A stretch of 64,000 nt of DNA, from contig JBGOEK010000002.1 in NCBI GenBank assembly GCA_041537945.1, forward strand, positions 46,005-110,004, read 5' to 3'. Below the pieces are notes generated by a model, which was not told the DNA's origin, searched no databases, and saw only the letters and a program-made list of their open reading frames with translations. The position numbers were made by a program, and so were the translations under genes. Below are positions 27,124-35,274 of this stretch, piece by piece (the stretch's first letter is position 1; every line of letters starts with the position of its first letter). The DNA comes from Candidatus Thermosaccharophagus yellowstonensis. GTDB lineage: Bacteria; Armatimonadota; Fervidibacteria; Fervidibacterales; Thermosaccharophagaceae.

Positions 27124-28254
27124 GTGCTCAGTGAATTGACCACTTGGGATAGATACATCCTTAGGTTGGGCACATTCTCATTTCTCGTAGGCGTGGGCAT
27201 ATTCTCTGCCTTCCTCATAGCTGGTGAACTCCTGCGCCGCTCACTTGAGTTGATCATGGAGCAAGGTGCTCCAGTTGAAGATGCACTGCAATTCTTCGTC
27301 CTGCGCTTGCCGAACATCGTAACAATGAGCCTTCCAATGGCTATGTTGCTTGCATCCGTCATTGTCATCGGACAGCTCAGCCACGATAACGAGATACTCG
27401 CCCTCTTCAGCAGTGGCATAAGCTTTGCACGCATATGTTCAGCATTGCTTTTCATCGGCGTGATGGCATCGCTTCTGGCTTTCTTCTTGCGCAACTACTT
27501 GATGCCACAAAGCGACAGGGCTGCGGAAAGGGTGATAAGACGCATCTTGGGAAAACCAGCCCCCACATCAACCATCGTCCTTCGCCAACCACCGTGTGGC
27601 GAGCTAAGACAGCTTGCAATCGTTCAAAGGTTTGAGCCATCAAAAGGCATCATGCACGGAATCCAAATCATCTTTTACGACAGCGGTCAGCCGATTGGCA
27701 TGCTCTCAGCGAAGCAAGCGAGGTGGGAAGGAAATGGGTGGGTCTTCATTGATGGCTTTTGGCAGGTTCTCTACCCAGGGAAGATAGCGATAGCCAATAA
27801 GTTCAAAGAGATGCGCTCACAAGACTGGCAGGGCTTGCCACAACCCCCACTGCAGAAGAACATCGAAGATGTGAGGATTGAGGCGATGCAACTCGATCCA
27901 GATAAAATGACCATAGGCGAGCTGAAGGAGAAGATTGAGCACATGCGACGCCACAATGTAAGCAAGCTCCAACAACTCCTTTACCTAACTGAACTGCACA
28001 ACAGGTTTGCGTTTGCGTGGGCATGCTTCCTTATGGCATTGCTCGGTGCACCACTCGGGTTGCGCACAAGGCAAGCTGGCTTGGGGTTGGCACTCGGCTT
28101 GAGCATCCTCATCGTGCTCATTTACTACTTCGCATGGTATTATGGGACAATTCTCGCAAGGCAAGCCAAAATACCAATCTTGGTTGGGTGCTGGCTACCA
28201 AACGCAATCTCGTTCGCACTCGGTGTAGCTATGCTATACCGTAGCGTCCGATGA
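27124..28254 (+). CDS. LptF/LptG-family (YjgP/YjgQ) LPS export permease
   Basis: 376 aa. TM helices lie at both ends with a central periplasmic beta-jellyroll-like insert. LDRYILR-like N-terminus (WDRYILRLGTFSFLVGV) and C-terminus LLGAPLGL...LGLSILIVLIYY. Only one such permease gene is present here. Confidence 0.8.
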   Translation: MLSELTTWDRYILRLGTFSFLVGVGIFSAFLIAGELLRRSLELIMEQGAPVEDALQFFVLRLPNIVTMSLPMAMLLASVIVIGQLSHDNEILALFSSGISFARICSALLFIGVMASLLAFFLRNYLMPQSDRAAERVIRRILGKPAPTSTIVLRQPPCGELRQLAIVQRFEPSKGIMHGIQIIFYDSGQPIGMLSAKQARWEGNGWVFIDGFWQVLYPGKIAIANKFKEMRSQDWQGLPQPPLQKNIEDVRIEAMQLDPDKMTIGELKEKIEHMRRHNVSKLQQLLYLTELHNRFAFAWACFLMALLGAPLGLRTRQAGLGLALGLSILIVLIYYFAWYYGTILARQAKIPILVGCWLPNAISFALGVAMLYRSVR

Positions 28255-28338
28255 ATGGGAGACGAAAGATTTGGCTCACCGATTGCTCACTCTCTCAAAG
28301 CCAATGGCTTGGATAGGTTAGAACTCACTCCAACGAGG

Positions 28339-28369
28339 TTGACGGTTGACTTTTTTTTTGCGCTATACT
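28339..28369 (+). promoter_or_regulatory. Putative promoter upstream of the prepilin-like gene (TTGACG/TTGACT ... TGCGCTATACT)
   Basis: TTGACG lies at 28339-28344 and TTGACT at 28346-28351, followed by a T9 run and then TATACT at 28364-28369. Spacers are 19 or 12 nt, so the geometry is non-canonical. Confidence 0.3.
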
Positions 28370-28498
28370 CAATTGTGAGATTGGGTGCAAGTTAAGTTGA
28401 GAGGGAGGTGATGGAAAAGGGAAGGCGTTAGTTAGGCGAGTTGAAGGGATAGCAAGCTAAGTGCGAAGAACAAAACTCGCATGAAGGAGGGATGTGAG

Positions 28499-29233
28499 AT
28501 GAAAGCGACGAAGGGAAAGAGAGTTGGCTTCACGCTGATAGAGCTGCTGGTGGTGATTGCCATAATCGCCATCTTGGCAGCGATTCTGTTCCCAGTGTTT
28601 GCGAAGGCGAGGGAGAAGGCAAGGACTGCAAGCTGTCAGAGCAACTTGAAGCAAATCGGGCTGGCTATCTTGCAGTATTGCCAGGACTACGACGAACTCT
28701 TCCCGGTTGTGCGTGGCTATGACCCGACGATCGGGAGGCTTTGGACATGGAAGTCGGAGATCTGGCCTTATGTGAAGAATGACAAAGTGTTCACATGCCC
28801 ATCAAGCCCGTATATCAATCAGCCATATTGCGGTGATTGTATAAACTGCGCTGCCCAGAGCATTGAACAGCCCTATCTTGACCGCTCATATGCATGGGCT
28901 ACCGCGAGCGGTGATAACCCCGCAACAGATAACTTCTCATATGGCTGGGGCGCTCGCCCACCATCACAAGCTACGATAAAAGCCCCGTCAATGACTTTGA
29001 TGATCGTTGAAACGCATACAACATGCATAGACCATTGCGCTTGGTGCAGTGGCGGCGCGCGCTGTGACCATAATGCCTATGGTAACTTCCTTTTCGTTGA
29101 TGGGCATGTGAAGATAATGAAGTGGACACAGACATACCAACCAGTTTGCATGTGGGAATTTAGCAGGGCAGCAGCGGGAACAACCTGTAGAGACCCAAAC
29201 TGGGTTAACACTGTGAGGGCTGAATGCCGTTGA
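28499..29233 (+). CDS. Prepilin-type N-terminal cleavage/methylation domain protein with HX9DG (DUF1559-like) C-terminal motif
   Basis: [51 protein letters not shown] (type IV pilin-like leader plus helix). The C-terminus [13 protein letters not shown] gives H-x9-DG. The ATG at 28499 follows GGAGGG. Confidence 0.9.
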   Translation: MKATKGKRVGFTLIELLVVIAIIAILAAILFPVFAKAREKARTASCQSNLKQIGLAILQYCQDYDELFPVVRGYDPTIGRLWTWKSEIWPYVKNDKVFTCPSSPYINQPYCGDCINCAAQSIEQPYLDRSYAWATASGDNPATDNFSYGWGARPPSQATIKAPSMTLMIVETHTTCIDHCAWCSGGARCDHNAYGNFLFVDGHVKIMKWTQTYQPVCMWEFSRAAAGTTCRDPNWVNTVRAECR

Positions 29234-29481
29234 TGCGCCACCGTTAATTCCTCTTTGGGCTAAATCACGGGGCAGGGGACACGGGAAAGGATTCACTTCC
29301 AATGCAGTTTTGGTGCTGAGCAAATTTGGCAGTTCGTAATCTGCCTTCAAATCCCGTGTCACTTGCCCTATGGCTTTTATCCCTCACCAAATGGAGTGCG
29401 CCATACTTCTGCATTGGGTATCCCTTGAGGTAATCACCTCGCTATCATTCACTGCTCGTCGTGCCGAGGGGGTGAGAGGAC

Positions 29482-30117
29482 TTGATTGAGGATGGATATG
29501 TTGTTAGCGTTTTTTGCCAGCCTATTGAAAGTGGCGTTTGCGCAGGCGCAAGGATGCGTGTTGATGTGCTTACAACTCGCCTCGAGTTGTTCAAGGAGTG
29601 GCTTGAGGATGTTTTGAACAGCGTTGGCGTTACGAAGGTTTTGAATGTGGCTCGCAAGAACTCGCTTTGGTATATGACATTTGGTCTTGCGTGCTGTGCG
29701 ATTGAGATGATGCACACAATCGGACCAAAGTATGACTTTGACAGGTATGGCATCATCCCGAGGGCGACACCGAGGCAAGCTGACTTGATGATCGTTGCTG
29801 GAACCGTAACTTACAAGATGGCTCCGAGGATAAAACTGCTCTACGAGCAAATGGCTGAGCCGAAGTATGTGATTGCCATGGGTGCATGCGCAACGAGTGG
29901 CGGTCCATTTTACGACTCGTATAGCGTGCTTAACGGTGTGGATAAAGTCATACCTGTTGATGTCTATGTTCCGGGGTGTCCACCGACACCTGAGCAACTC
30001 CTTTGGGGTGTTAAGATGCTTCAGGATAAGATACTTCGCCACGAGGTAAGACGCATGCCGAGAGATAAGAAAGAAGCGCTGACCTCATTTGCTGAGAAGC
30101 ATTTGAAGGGGCGGTGA
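29482..30117 (+). CDS. nuoB: NuoB-like [4Fe-4S] protein (NADH-quinone oxidoreductase subunit B / hydrogenase small-subunit-like family)
   Basis: [67 protein letters not shown], and [11 protein letters not shown]; all four N2-cluster Cys contexts are present. The start is uncertain (TTG 29482 or ATG 29554). Confidence 0.85.
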   Translation: MIEDGYVVSVFCQPIESGVCAGARMRVDVLTTRLELFKEWLEDVLNSVGVTKVLNVARKNSLWYMTFGLACCAIEMMHTIGPKYDFDRYGIIPRATPRQADLMIVAGTVTYKMAPRIKLLYEQMAEPKYVIAMGACATSGGPFYDSYSVLNGVDKVIPVDVYVPGCPPTPEQLLWGVKMLQDKILRHEVRRMPRDKKEALTSFAEKHLKGR

Positions 30118-30124
30118 GCTTGAT

Positions 30125-30685
30125 GTGTCTTTAAGCAGGCTGATTGAAGTCACTGGCGGATTGGTGAAGGGCTTATGCGTCACTGGGAAGAACTTTTACC
30201 GAACGGTCATCCTAAGGCAAGCTATGACGATAACGGAGAAGTGGGGCTCAAGGAAGATAGCTGACAGATACCGTGGCATAATCTCGCTAACAACGGATAT
30301 GAAAGTTGGTAGGGAAAACTGCATTGGTTGCATGGCTTGCATGCGCATATGCCCAGACCACTGCATCTACATTGAGACTGAAAGGCGCGAGGGGCACAGG
30401 GGGCGTTACCCTGTTAAGTTCATTTTTGACCTCAGCCTATGTAGCTTCTGTGGGCTTTGCGTTGAAGCCTGCCCAACACCGTCGCTCATCCACAGTCACA
30501 TCTGGCAATTCGCTGGCTACTCAAGGTCTGATTTAATCCTGAGCAAAGAGCAACTGTTAAAGTGGGGAGATGAAGAACAACTGAGGCGCGGGGATGCGGA
30601 AGTCATAACAGGTAAGCGCTCACAGCAACGCCAGTTGAAAGGGGAGGCTGAAAGCCAAAGTGAAAGCAAGGGTGATTCCTTATGA
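30125..30685 (+). CDS. nuoI: NuoI-like 2x[4Fe-4S] ferredoxin-type protein
   Basis: RYRGIISL...CIGCMACMRICPDHCIYIE and FDLSLCSFCGLCVEACPTPSLIHS match the two CxxCxxCxxxCP motifs and spacing of NuoI/EchF-type subunits. A charged C-terminal tail follows. Confidence 0.7.
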   Translation: MSLSRLIEVTGGLVKGLCVTGKNFYRTVILRQAMTITEKWGSRKIADRYRGIISLTTDMKVGRENCIGCMACMRICPDHCIYIETERREGHRGRYPVKFIFDLSLCSFCGLCVEACPTPSLIHSHIWQFAGYSRSDLILSKEQLLKWGDEEQLRRGDAEVITGKRSQQRQLKGEAESQSESKGDSL

Positions 30686-32043
30686 CGCAACTTGAAGCAG
30701 CCAAGAAGGGGATAATCACGGAGCAAATGAAGTTTGTGGCTGAAGAAGAGGGTGTTGATGTTAACTGGCTATTGCAAAAGGTTGCCGAAGGCAAGGTGGT
30801 CATACCTTGCAACAAAGTTCGCAAGCCTGAGCCAGTGGGCATAGGAGAGGGGCTACGCACAAAGGTTAACGCAAACATAGGCACATCCCCGATGCGTGTC
30901 GACATAAACGAGGAACTGAAAAAGGTCGAGATGTGCATTAGATACGGCGCAGACACGATCATGGACTTGAGCACGGGTGGCAACTTGGACGAGATAAGGA
31001 TGGAAATCCTGAAGCGCTGGAGGAAACCGCTTGGCACCGTCCCGATTTATCAGGTTGCTCAGGAACTCTTGAAAGCGCGCAAGCCGATAACGGAGATGAC
31101 TGTTGAACATTTGTTTGAAGTGATTGAGAGGCAGGCTGAACAAGGCGTTGATTTCATGACAGTCCATTGTGGCGTGACAAAACATGCTCTTGAACTGCTA
31201 AGGCGCTCAAGGAGAATTGGGGGGATTGTGAGCAGGGGAGGAAGCCTGTTAGCTGTGTGGATGGTGGCAAACGATGCGGAGAACCCTCTCTATGAGCATT
31301 TTGATAGACTGCTTGAGATAGCCAAGAAATACGATGTGACATTGAGCTTAGGCGATGGCATGCGTCCTGGGGCAATCGCTGATGCTGGCGATGCTGTGCA
31401 GTGGTATGAGACATCAATCCTCGGCGAATTGACATTGCGTGCTTGGGAAGCTGGTGTTCAGGTGATGATTGAAGGTCCAGGGCATGTCCCAATACACCAC
31501 ATTGAAGCGCATGTGAAGATGATGAAATCGCTCTGCCACGGTGCCCCGATATACTTGCTTGGTCCTATCACATGCGATGTTGCAGCAGGTTACGACCATA
31601 TCGCTGCAGCGATTGGTGGGGCAATAGCAGCAGTAGCAGGTGCTGACTTCCTATGCTATGTCACTCCAGCAGAACACCTCGGCTTACCATCCCCTGAGGA
31701 TGTCAGGGTTGGGATAATAGCAAGCAGGATAGCTGCGCACTCAGCCGACATTGCTAAAGGGATAAAGGGAGCATATGAGTGGGATGAGCGGATGTCAAAG
31801 GCGAGGAAGGAGCTGAACTGGAAAGCCATGTTTGAACTCGCCATGGATAGCGACAGGGCGATGGAGTATAGGGCTGACATGAAGGAAGTCAGCAAAGGCG
31901 TGTGTAGCATGTGCGGGAGCTTCTGCGCTGTTGCCACATCCACTTTCATTGAACGCGTGCTCCGCGAGGGCGCAAAGGGTGATCTCGTCAAAGCTCCCCC
32001 AGAGGGGTGTCCCCTGATGACGGTGGAACAAAATGACGAGTGA
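30682..32043 (+). CDS. thiC: Phosphomethylpyrimidine synthase ThiC
   Basis: MTQLEAAKKGIITEQMKFVAEEEGVD, TKVNANIGTS, DTIMDLSTGG, TVPIYQ, VDFMTVHCG, GIVSRGGS and HVPIHHIEAHV, plus the C-terminal CSMCGSFC cluster motif. The start overlaps the nuoI-like stop (ATGA). Confidence 0.95.
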   Translation: MTQLEAAKKGIITEQMKFVAEEEGVDVNWLLQKVAEGKVVIPCNKVRKPEPVGIGEGLRTKVNANIGTSPMRVDINEELKKVEMCIRYGADTIMDLSTGGNLDEIRMEILKRWRKPLGTVPIYQVAQELLKARKPITEMTVEHLFEVIERQAEQGVDFMTVHCGVTKHALELLRRSRRIGGIVSRGGSLLAVWMVANDAENPLYEHFDRLLEIAKKYDVTLSLGDGMRPGAIADAGDAVQWYETSILGELTLRAWEAGVQVMIEGPGHVPIHHIEAHVKMMKSLCHGAPIYLLGPITCDVAAGYDHIAAAIGGAIAAVAGADFLCYVTPAEHLGLPSPEDVRVGIIASRIAAHSADIAKGIKGAYEWDERMSKARKELNWKAMFELAMDSDRAMEYRADMKEVSKGVCSMCGSFCAVATSTFIERVLREGAKGDLVKAPPEGCPLMTVEQNDE

Positions 32044-33052
32044 GGAACGGCTCATGAAAGAAGCTGAGCAAATACTTGAGCGCTTTAACAGGGTAAGCGT
32101 GCTCGTCATTGGCGACCTGATGCTTGACGAGTATATCATTGGCGATGCCGAACGCATATCACCAGAAGCACCAGTGCCAGTGCTCCTGCGCCGTGAAAGG
32201 AGGATCGGACCTGGTGGAGCTGCAAATGTGGTTTACAACTTGATCTCAATGGGCGCAAGGACAATCGTCGGAGGCGTCATAGGCAAAGACAGCGCTGGCG
32301 AAGAACTCAAAAGCCTGCTACGCGAGATCGGCGCTGATACAAGCGCAATTATCGTTGATGAATCGCGTCCGACAACGCTCAAGACGCGCATAATCGCTCA
32401 CAAGCAACAGCTCGTCCGAATTGACCATGAGGTGAGAAAGACGATAGATGACAAGACATGCGATGCGCTCATCGAGCGAGTAGCTTCAATGCTCGCTCAA
32501 GTTGATGCCGTCATAATCTCGGACTACGCAAAGGGCGTCGTCACAAGCAGGCTGACAGATTCGCTGCGGAGCGCTCAAGAGCGATATGGCTTTTTGCTCT
32601 GCGGTGGTCCGAAGCCGAAGAACATAGCCTCGTTCGTGGGCTTTGACCTGCTAAGCTTCAACATGTCGGAGGCAAGGGAATCAGCGATGTTGAATGGCGA
32701 GCTGTCGGACGATTACAAGCTCATCGGGAAGACGCTCGCGAGCCGTCTGCAAATCCGTTGGCTCGTCATAACTCGTGGCGAGGAGGGCGCAAGCCTTTTT
32801 GATACGAGGGGTTGGCTTTGCGATATACCGTCGTATCGTGTGACTGTTTACGATGTTGCTGGTGCTGGCGATACATTTCTTGCAGCGATAGTCCTTGCGC
32901 TATGTTGTGGTGCTGACTTTGTGACCGCAGCAAAAATCGCGTGCGCAGCTGGAGCAGTAGCCGTGTGCAAAAGCGGAGTAGCACCAGCCACAGTTGATGA
33001 GATAAAGCGAATAATGAGCTACGGCTCGATAGCCGTCAAAGGTGAGGTGTGA
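32033..33052 (+). CDS. hldA: D-glycero-beta-D-manno-heptose-7-phosphate kinase-like PfkB-family kinase (RfaE/HldE domain I type)
   Basis: VLVIGDLMLDEYIIGDAERISPEAPVPVLLRRERRIGPGGAANVVYNLISMGA and C-terminal DVAGAGDTFLAA. It overlaps the thiC end by 11 nt. Its TGA (33050-33052) sits 1 nt before the likely thiD ATG. Confidence 0.8.
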   Translation: MTSEERLMKEAEQILERFNRVSVLVIGDLMLDEYIIGDAERISPEAPVPVLLRRERRIGPGGAANVVYNLISMGARTIVGGVIGKDSAGEELKSLLREIGADTSAIIVDESRPTTLKTRIIAHKQQLVRIDHEVRKTIDDKTCDALIERVASMLAQVDAVIISDYAKGVVTSRLTDSLRSAQERYGFLLCGGPKPKNIASFVGFDLLSFNMSEARESAMLNGELSDDYKLIGKTLASRLQIRWLVITRGEEGASLFDTRGWLCDIPSYRVTVYDVAGAGDTFLAAIVLALCCGADFVTAAKIACAAGAVAVCKSGVAPATVDEIKRIMSYGSIAVKGEV

Positions 33053-33053
33053 A

Positions 33054-33839
33054 ATGCCACCCTTGCCTTGTGCGCTGACCATAGCAGGCTCAGATTCATG
33101 TGGAGGCGCTGGCATACAGGCTGATTTGAAAACTTTTACAGCACTCGGCGTTTACGGCGCCTGCGTCATAACAGCGCTCACGGCACAAAACACCTTGGGG
33201 ATAAACGCAATACACAAAGTGCCACCAGAATTTGTGGCTACGCAGATTGATTCGGTTGCAAGCGATTTGAAAATAAATGCAACGAAGGTTGGGATGCTGT
33301 TGGATGCTGATATCATTGAGGTCGTTGCAATGAAGGTGAAACAATACGGCTTGCAACCGCTAATAGTTGATCCAGTGATGGTTGCTGGGACTGGTGCGAG
33401 GTTGTTAATGGAAGAGGCAATCGAAGCCCTCAAACGCCTGCTCATTCCGCTGACAACGATACTGACGCCAAACGCATTTGAAGCTGAGGCTTTGACTGGA
33501 ATCAAAGTGAGTTCACTTTCGGACGCAAGGAAGGCAGCCATAATATTGCATCAACTTGGTGCATCCACAGTTGTCGTAAAGGGAGGACATGTAGAAGGCG
33601 ATGACGCCGTCGATTTGATTTACGATGGCGTTCGATTCATTGAGACACGCTCACGCCGAATCATGAAAGGGAAGCTCCATGGCGCTGGATGTGTCTTCTC
33701 CTCAGCTATAACAGCCAACCTCGCAAAGGGCATGGATCAGATTGAAGCCATACAAAGAGCGAAACGCTTTGTTCACCACTCAATCAAGGCGTCCCAACCC
33801 GTCGGCAAAGGATTGATACCAGTTCAACCTCTGTTCTAA
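33054..33839 (+). CDS. thiD: Hydroxymethylpyrimidine/phosphomethylpyrimidine kinase ThiD
   Basis: ALTIAGSDSCGGAGIQADLKTFTALGVYGACVITALTAQNTLG, DPVMVA and GAGCVFSSAITANLAKG. The ATG at 33054 follows AGGTGAGG; the track ORF starts with GTG at 33042. Confidence 0.92.
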   Translation: MPPLPCALTIAGSDSCGGAGIQADLKTFTALGVYGACVITALTAQNTLGINAIHKVPPEFVATQIDSVASDLKINATKVGMLLDADIIEVVAMKVKQYGLQPLIVDPVMVAGTGARLLMEEAIEALKRLLIPLTTILTPNAFEAEALTGIKVSSLSDARKAAIILHQLGASTVVVKGGHVEGDDAVDLIYDGVRFIETRSRRIMKGKLHGAGCVFSSAITANLAKGMDQIEAIQRAKRFVHHSIKASQPVGKGLIPVQPLF

Positions 33840-33851
33840 CTTGCTCAAACG

Positions 33852-34127
33852 CTACTTAGGCTTACCATACTTGGCTTCGAACTCCTCATCTGAGAGCTCG
33901 AAGAAGTCGCGGTTCATCTGTATGTAGTGTCTCAAGTCTGGTGGGACATCGTCTTCGTGTTGTGGGACTGGCGGATCTTGTGGGCATACCTCATTGCATG
34001 TCCCGCACTCGGTGCACTCATCTGGGTTGATGTAAACCATATCCGAGCCCTCTTGGATGCAGCTCACAGGGCATTCCTCCACACATGTCATGCACTTCGT
34101 GCACCCCTCAGTTATGACATACGCCAT
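33852..34127 (-). CDS. 2x[4Fe-4S] ferredoxin
   Basis: MAYVITEGCTKCMTCVEECPVSCI and YINPDECTECGTCNEVCP. Confidence 0.88.
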   Translation of the reverse strand: MAYVITEGCTKCMTCVEECPVSCIQEGSDMVYINPDECTECGTCNEVCPQDPPVPQHEDDVPPDLRHYIQMNRDFFELSDEEFEAKYGKPK

Positions 34128-34341
34128 CTTTTACTCCCTCCCCCACTCTCAGTGTTTTGATGCGCCTCATCCCTTGCATCGTTAACCTCACGCAAGTATA
34201 ACACATCAACATTGCCACTGCCTCACGCTACGCCAACCGTTATAAAGGTTGCACCTGTAGGTGCGCTATATTAAGTTTAGCTTGCAGTGGTAGTGTGACG
34301 GCGAAAGAACGGAAGGACACAAGTGAGAAGGTGATAAACTC

Positions 34342-35274
34342 ATGCATCACTTGAAGCGCAAGCGCAGAAGGAAACTGCTCGCACTATTTGCAGTGCTCTT
34401 GGGGAGTTGTGCTGTTGCAATCTGCTTGCTTTTGTTGCCTCGCGTTTCCCTTCGGGAGCGAGGAGTTTTGCAACCCGCGCCGAAGACACCGCAACTCGCT
34501 AAGAGAAGCAAACCACCTAAAGAGGAATCAACGACCACTTTCAAACCGCCTGTGGGTTATGCCATACCCATACTTTGCTACCACGACTTCCGCGAGGGAG
34601 GCAAACATGCTTATTGGGCGATACCGCCAAAGCGCTTTGAAACGCACCTTCAGATGCTTACAGCGATGGGCTTCACATTCCTGAAGATGAGCGAAGCCGT
34701 TGAACTCATGCAGGGTAGATGGAATAAACCCATACCACGCCGTCCTATAGTGATCACGATTGACGATGGTTTTCGCTCGGCATACACCGTTGCATATCCG
34801 CTCCTGCGCAAGTATAAGGCGAAGGCTACCCTTTTCGTTTACACGAATGCAATCGGCAAGTTCGGGCTCTCGTGGGATCAGTTGCGCGAAATGATTCAAT
34901 CGGGCATCGTAGAGGTTGCATCACACACCGTTTCGCACATGCACCCGAAGCGCCTGAGGAAGCTAAGCAGAGATGCCTACAGAGAGCGCCTCGCATATGA
35001 ATTCACCGCCTCAAAGAAGATACTTGAAGAAAACCTCGGCATCACCGTGAACGGTCTTGCGTATACCGGAGGGGTAGCCGATGCAGTAGCTGTTGAGATG
35101 GCTCGAGAGGCTGGGTATCGCTGGGCAGTGAAGATAGCGCCGTTGCCAATGACAGCTCAAACAAACCCCTACCTCATACCGAGATATGGTATCAGCAGGC
35201 AAACCACAACGATGGTTTTGAAGGCATGGCTTTCTCAACCACGCTATGGCGCAGTTTGTAGCAGTTTGCCTTGA
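34342..35274 (+). CDS. Polysaccharide deacetylase (NodB-homology) family protein, membrane-anchored
   Basis: N-terminal TM, then IPILCYHDF, VITIDDGFRSAYTVAYPLLRKYKAKATLFVYT and EVASHTVSH. Confidence 0.82.
   Translation: MHHLKRKRRRKLLALFAVLLGSCAVAICLLLLPRVSLRERGVLQPAPKTPQLAKRSKPPKEESTTTFKPPVGYAIPILCYHDFREGGKHAYWAIPPKRFETHLQMLTAMGFTFLKMSEAVELMQGRWNKPIPRRPIVITIDDGFRSAYTVAYPLLRKYKAKATLFVYTNAIGKFGLSWDQLREMIQSGIVEVASHTVSHMHPKRLRKLSRDAYRERLAYEFTASKKILEENLGITVNGLAYTGGVADAVAVEMAREAGYRWAVKIAPLPMTAQTNPYLIPRYGISRQTTTMVLKAWLSQPRYGAVCSSLP

Noticed and set aside
29234-29481. Expected a TPP (THI-box) riboswitch upstream of the operon containing thiC and thiD.
   Set aside because: I found no CTGAGA bulge and no ACCTGATCTGGATAATGCCAGCGTAGGGA-like core on either strand. 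GCTGAGC at 29314-29320 and GGGGTGAGAGG at 29469-29479 are only superficial resemblances, and the latter is better explained as the RBS. The region is reported only as an unclassified candidate structure.
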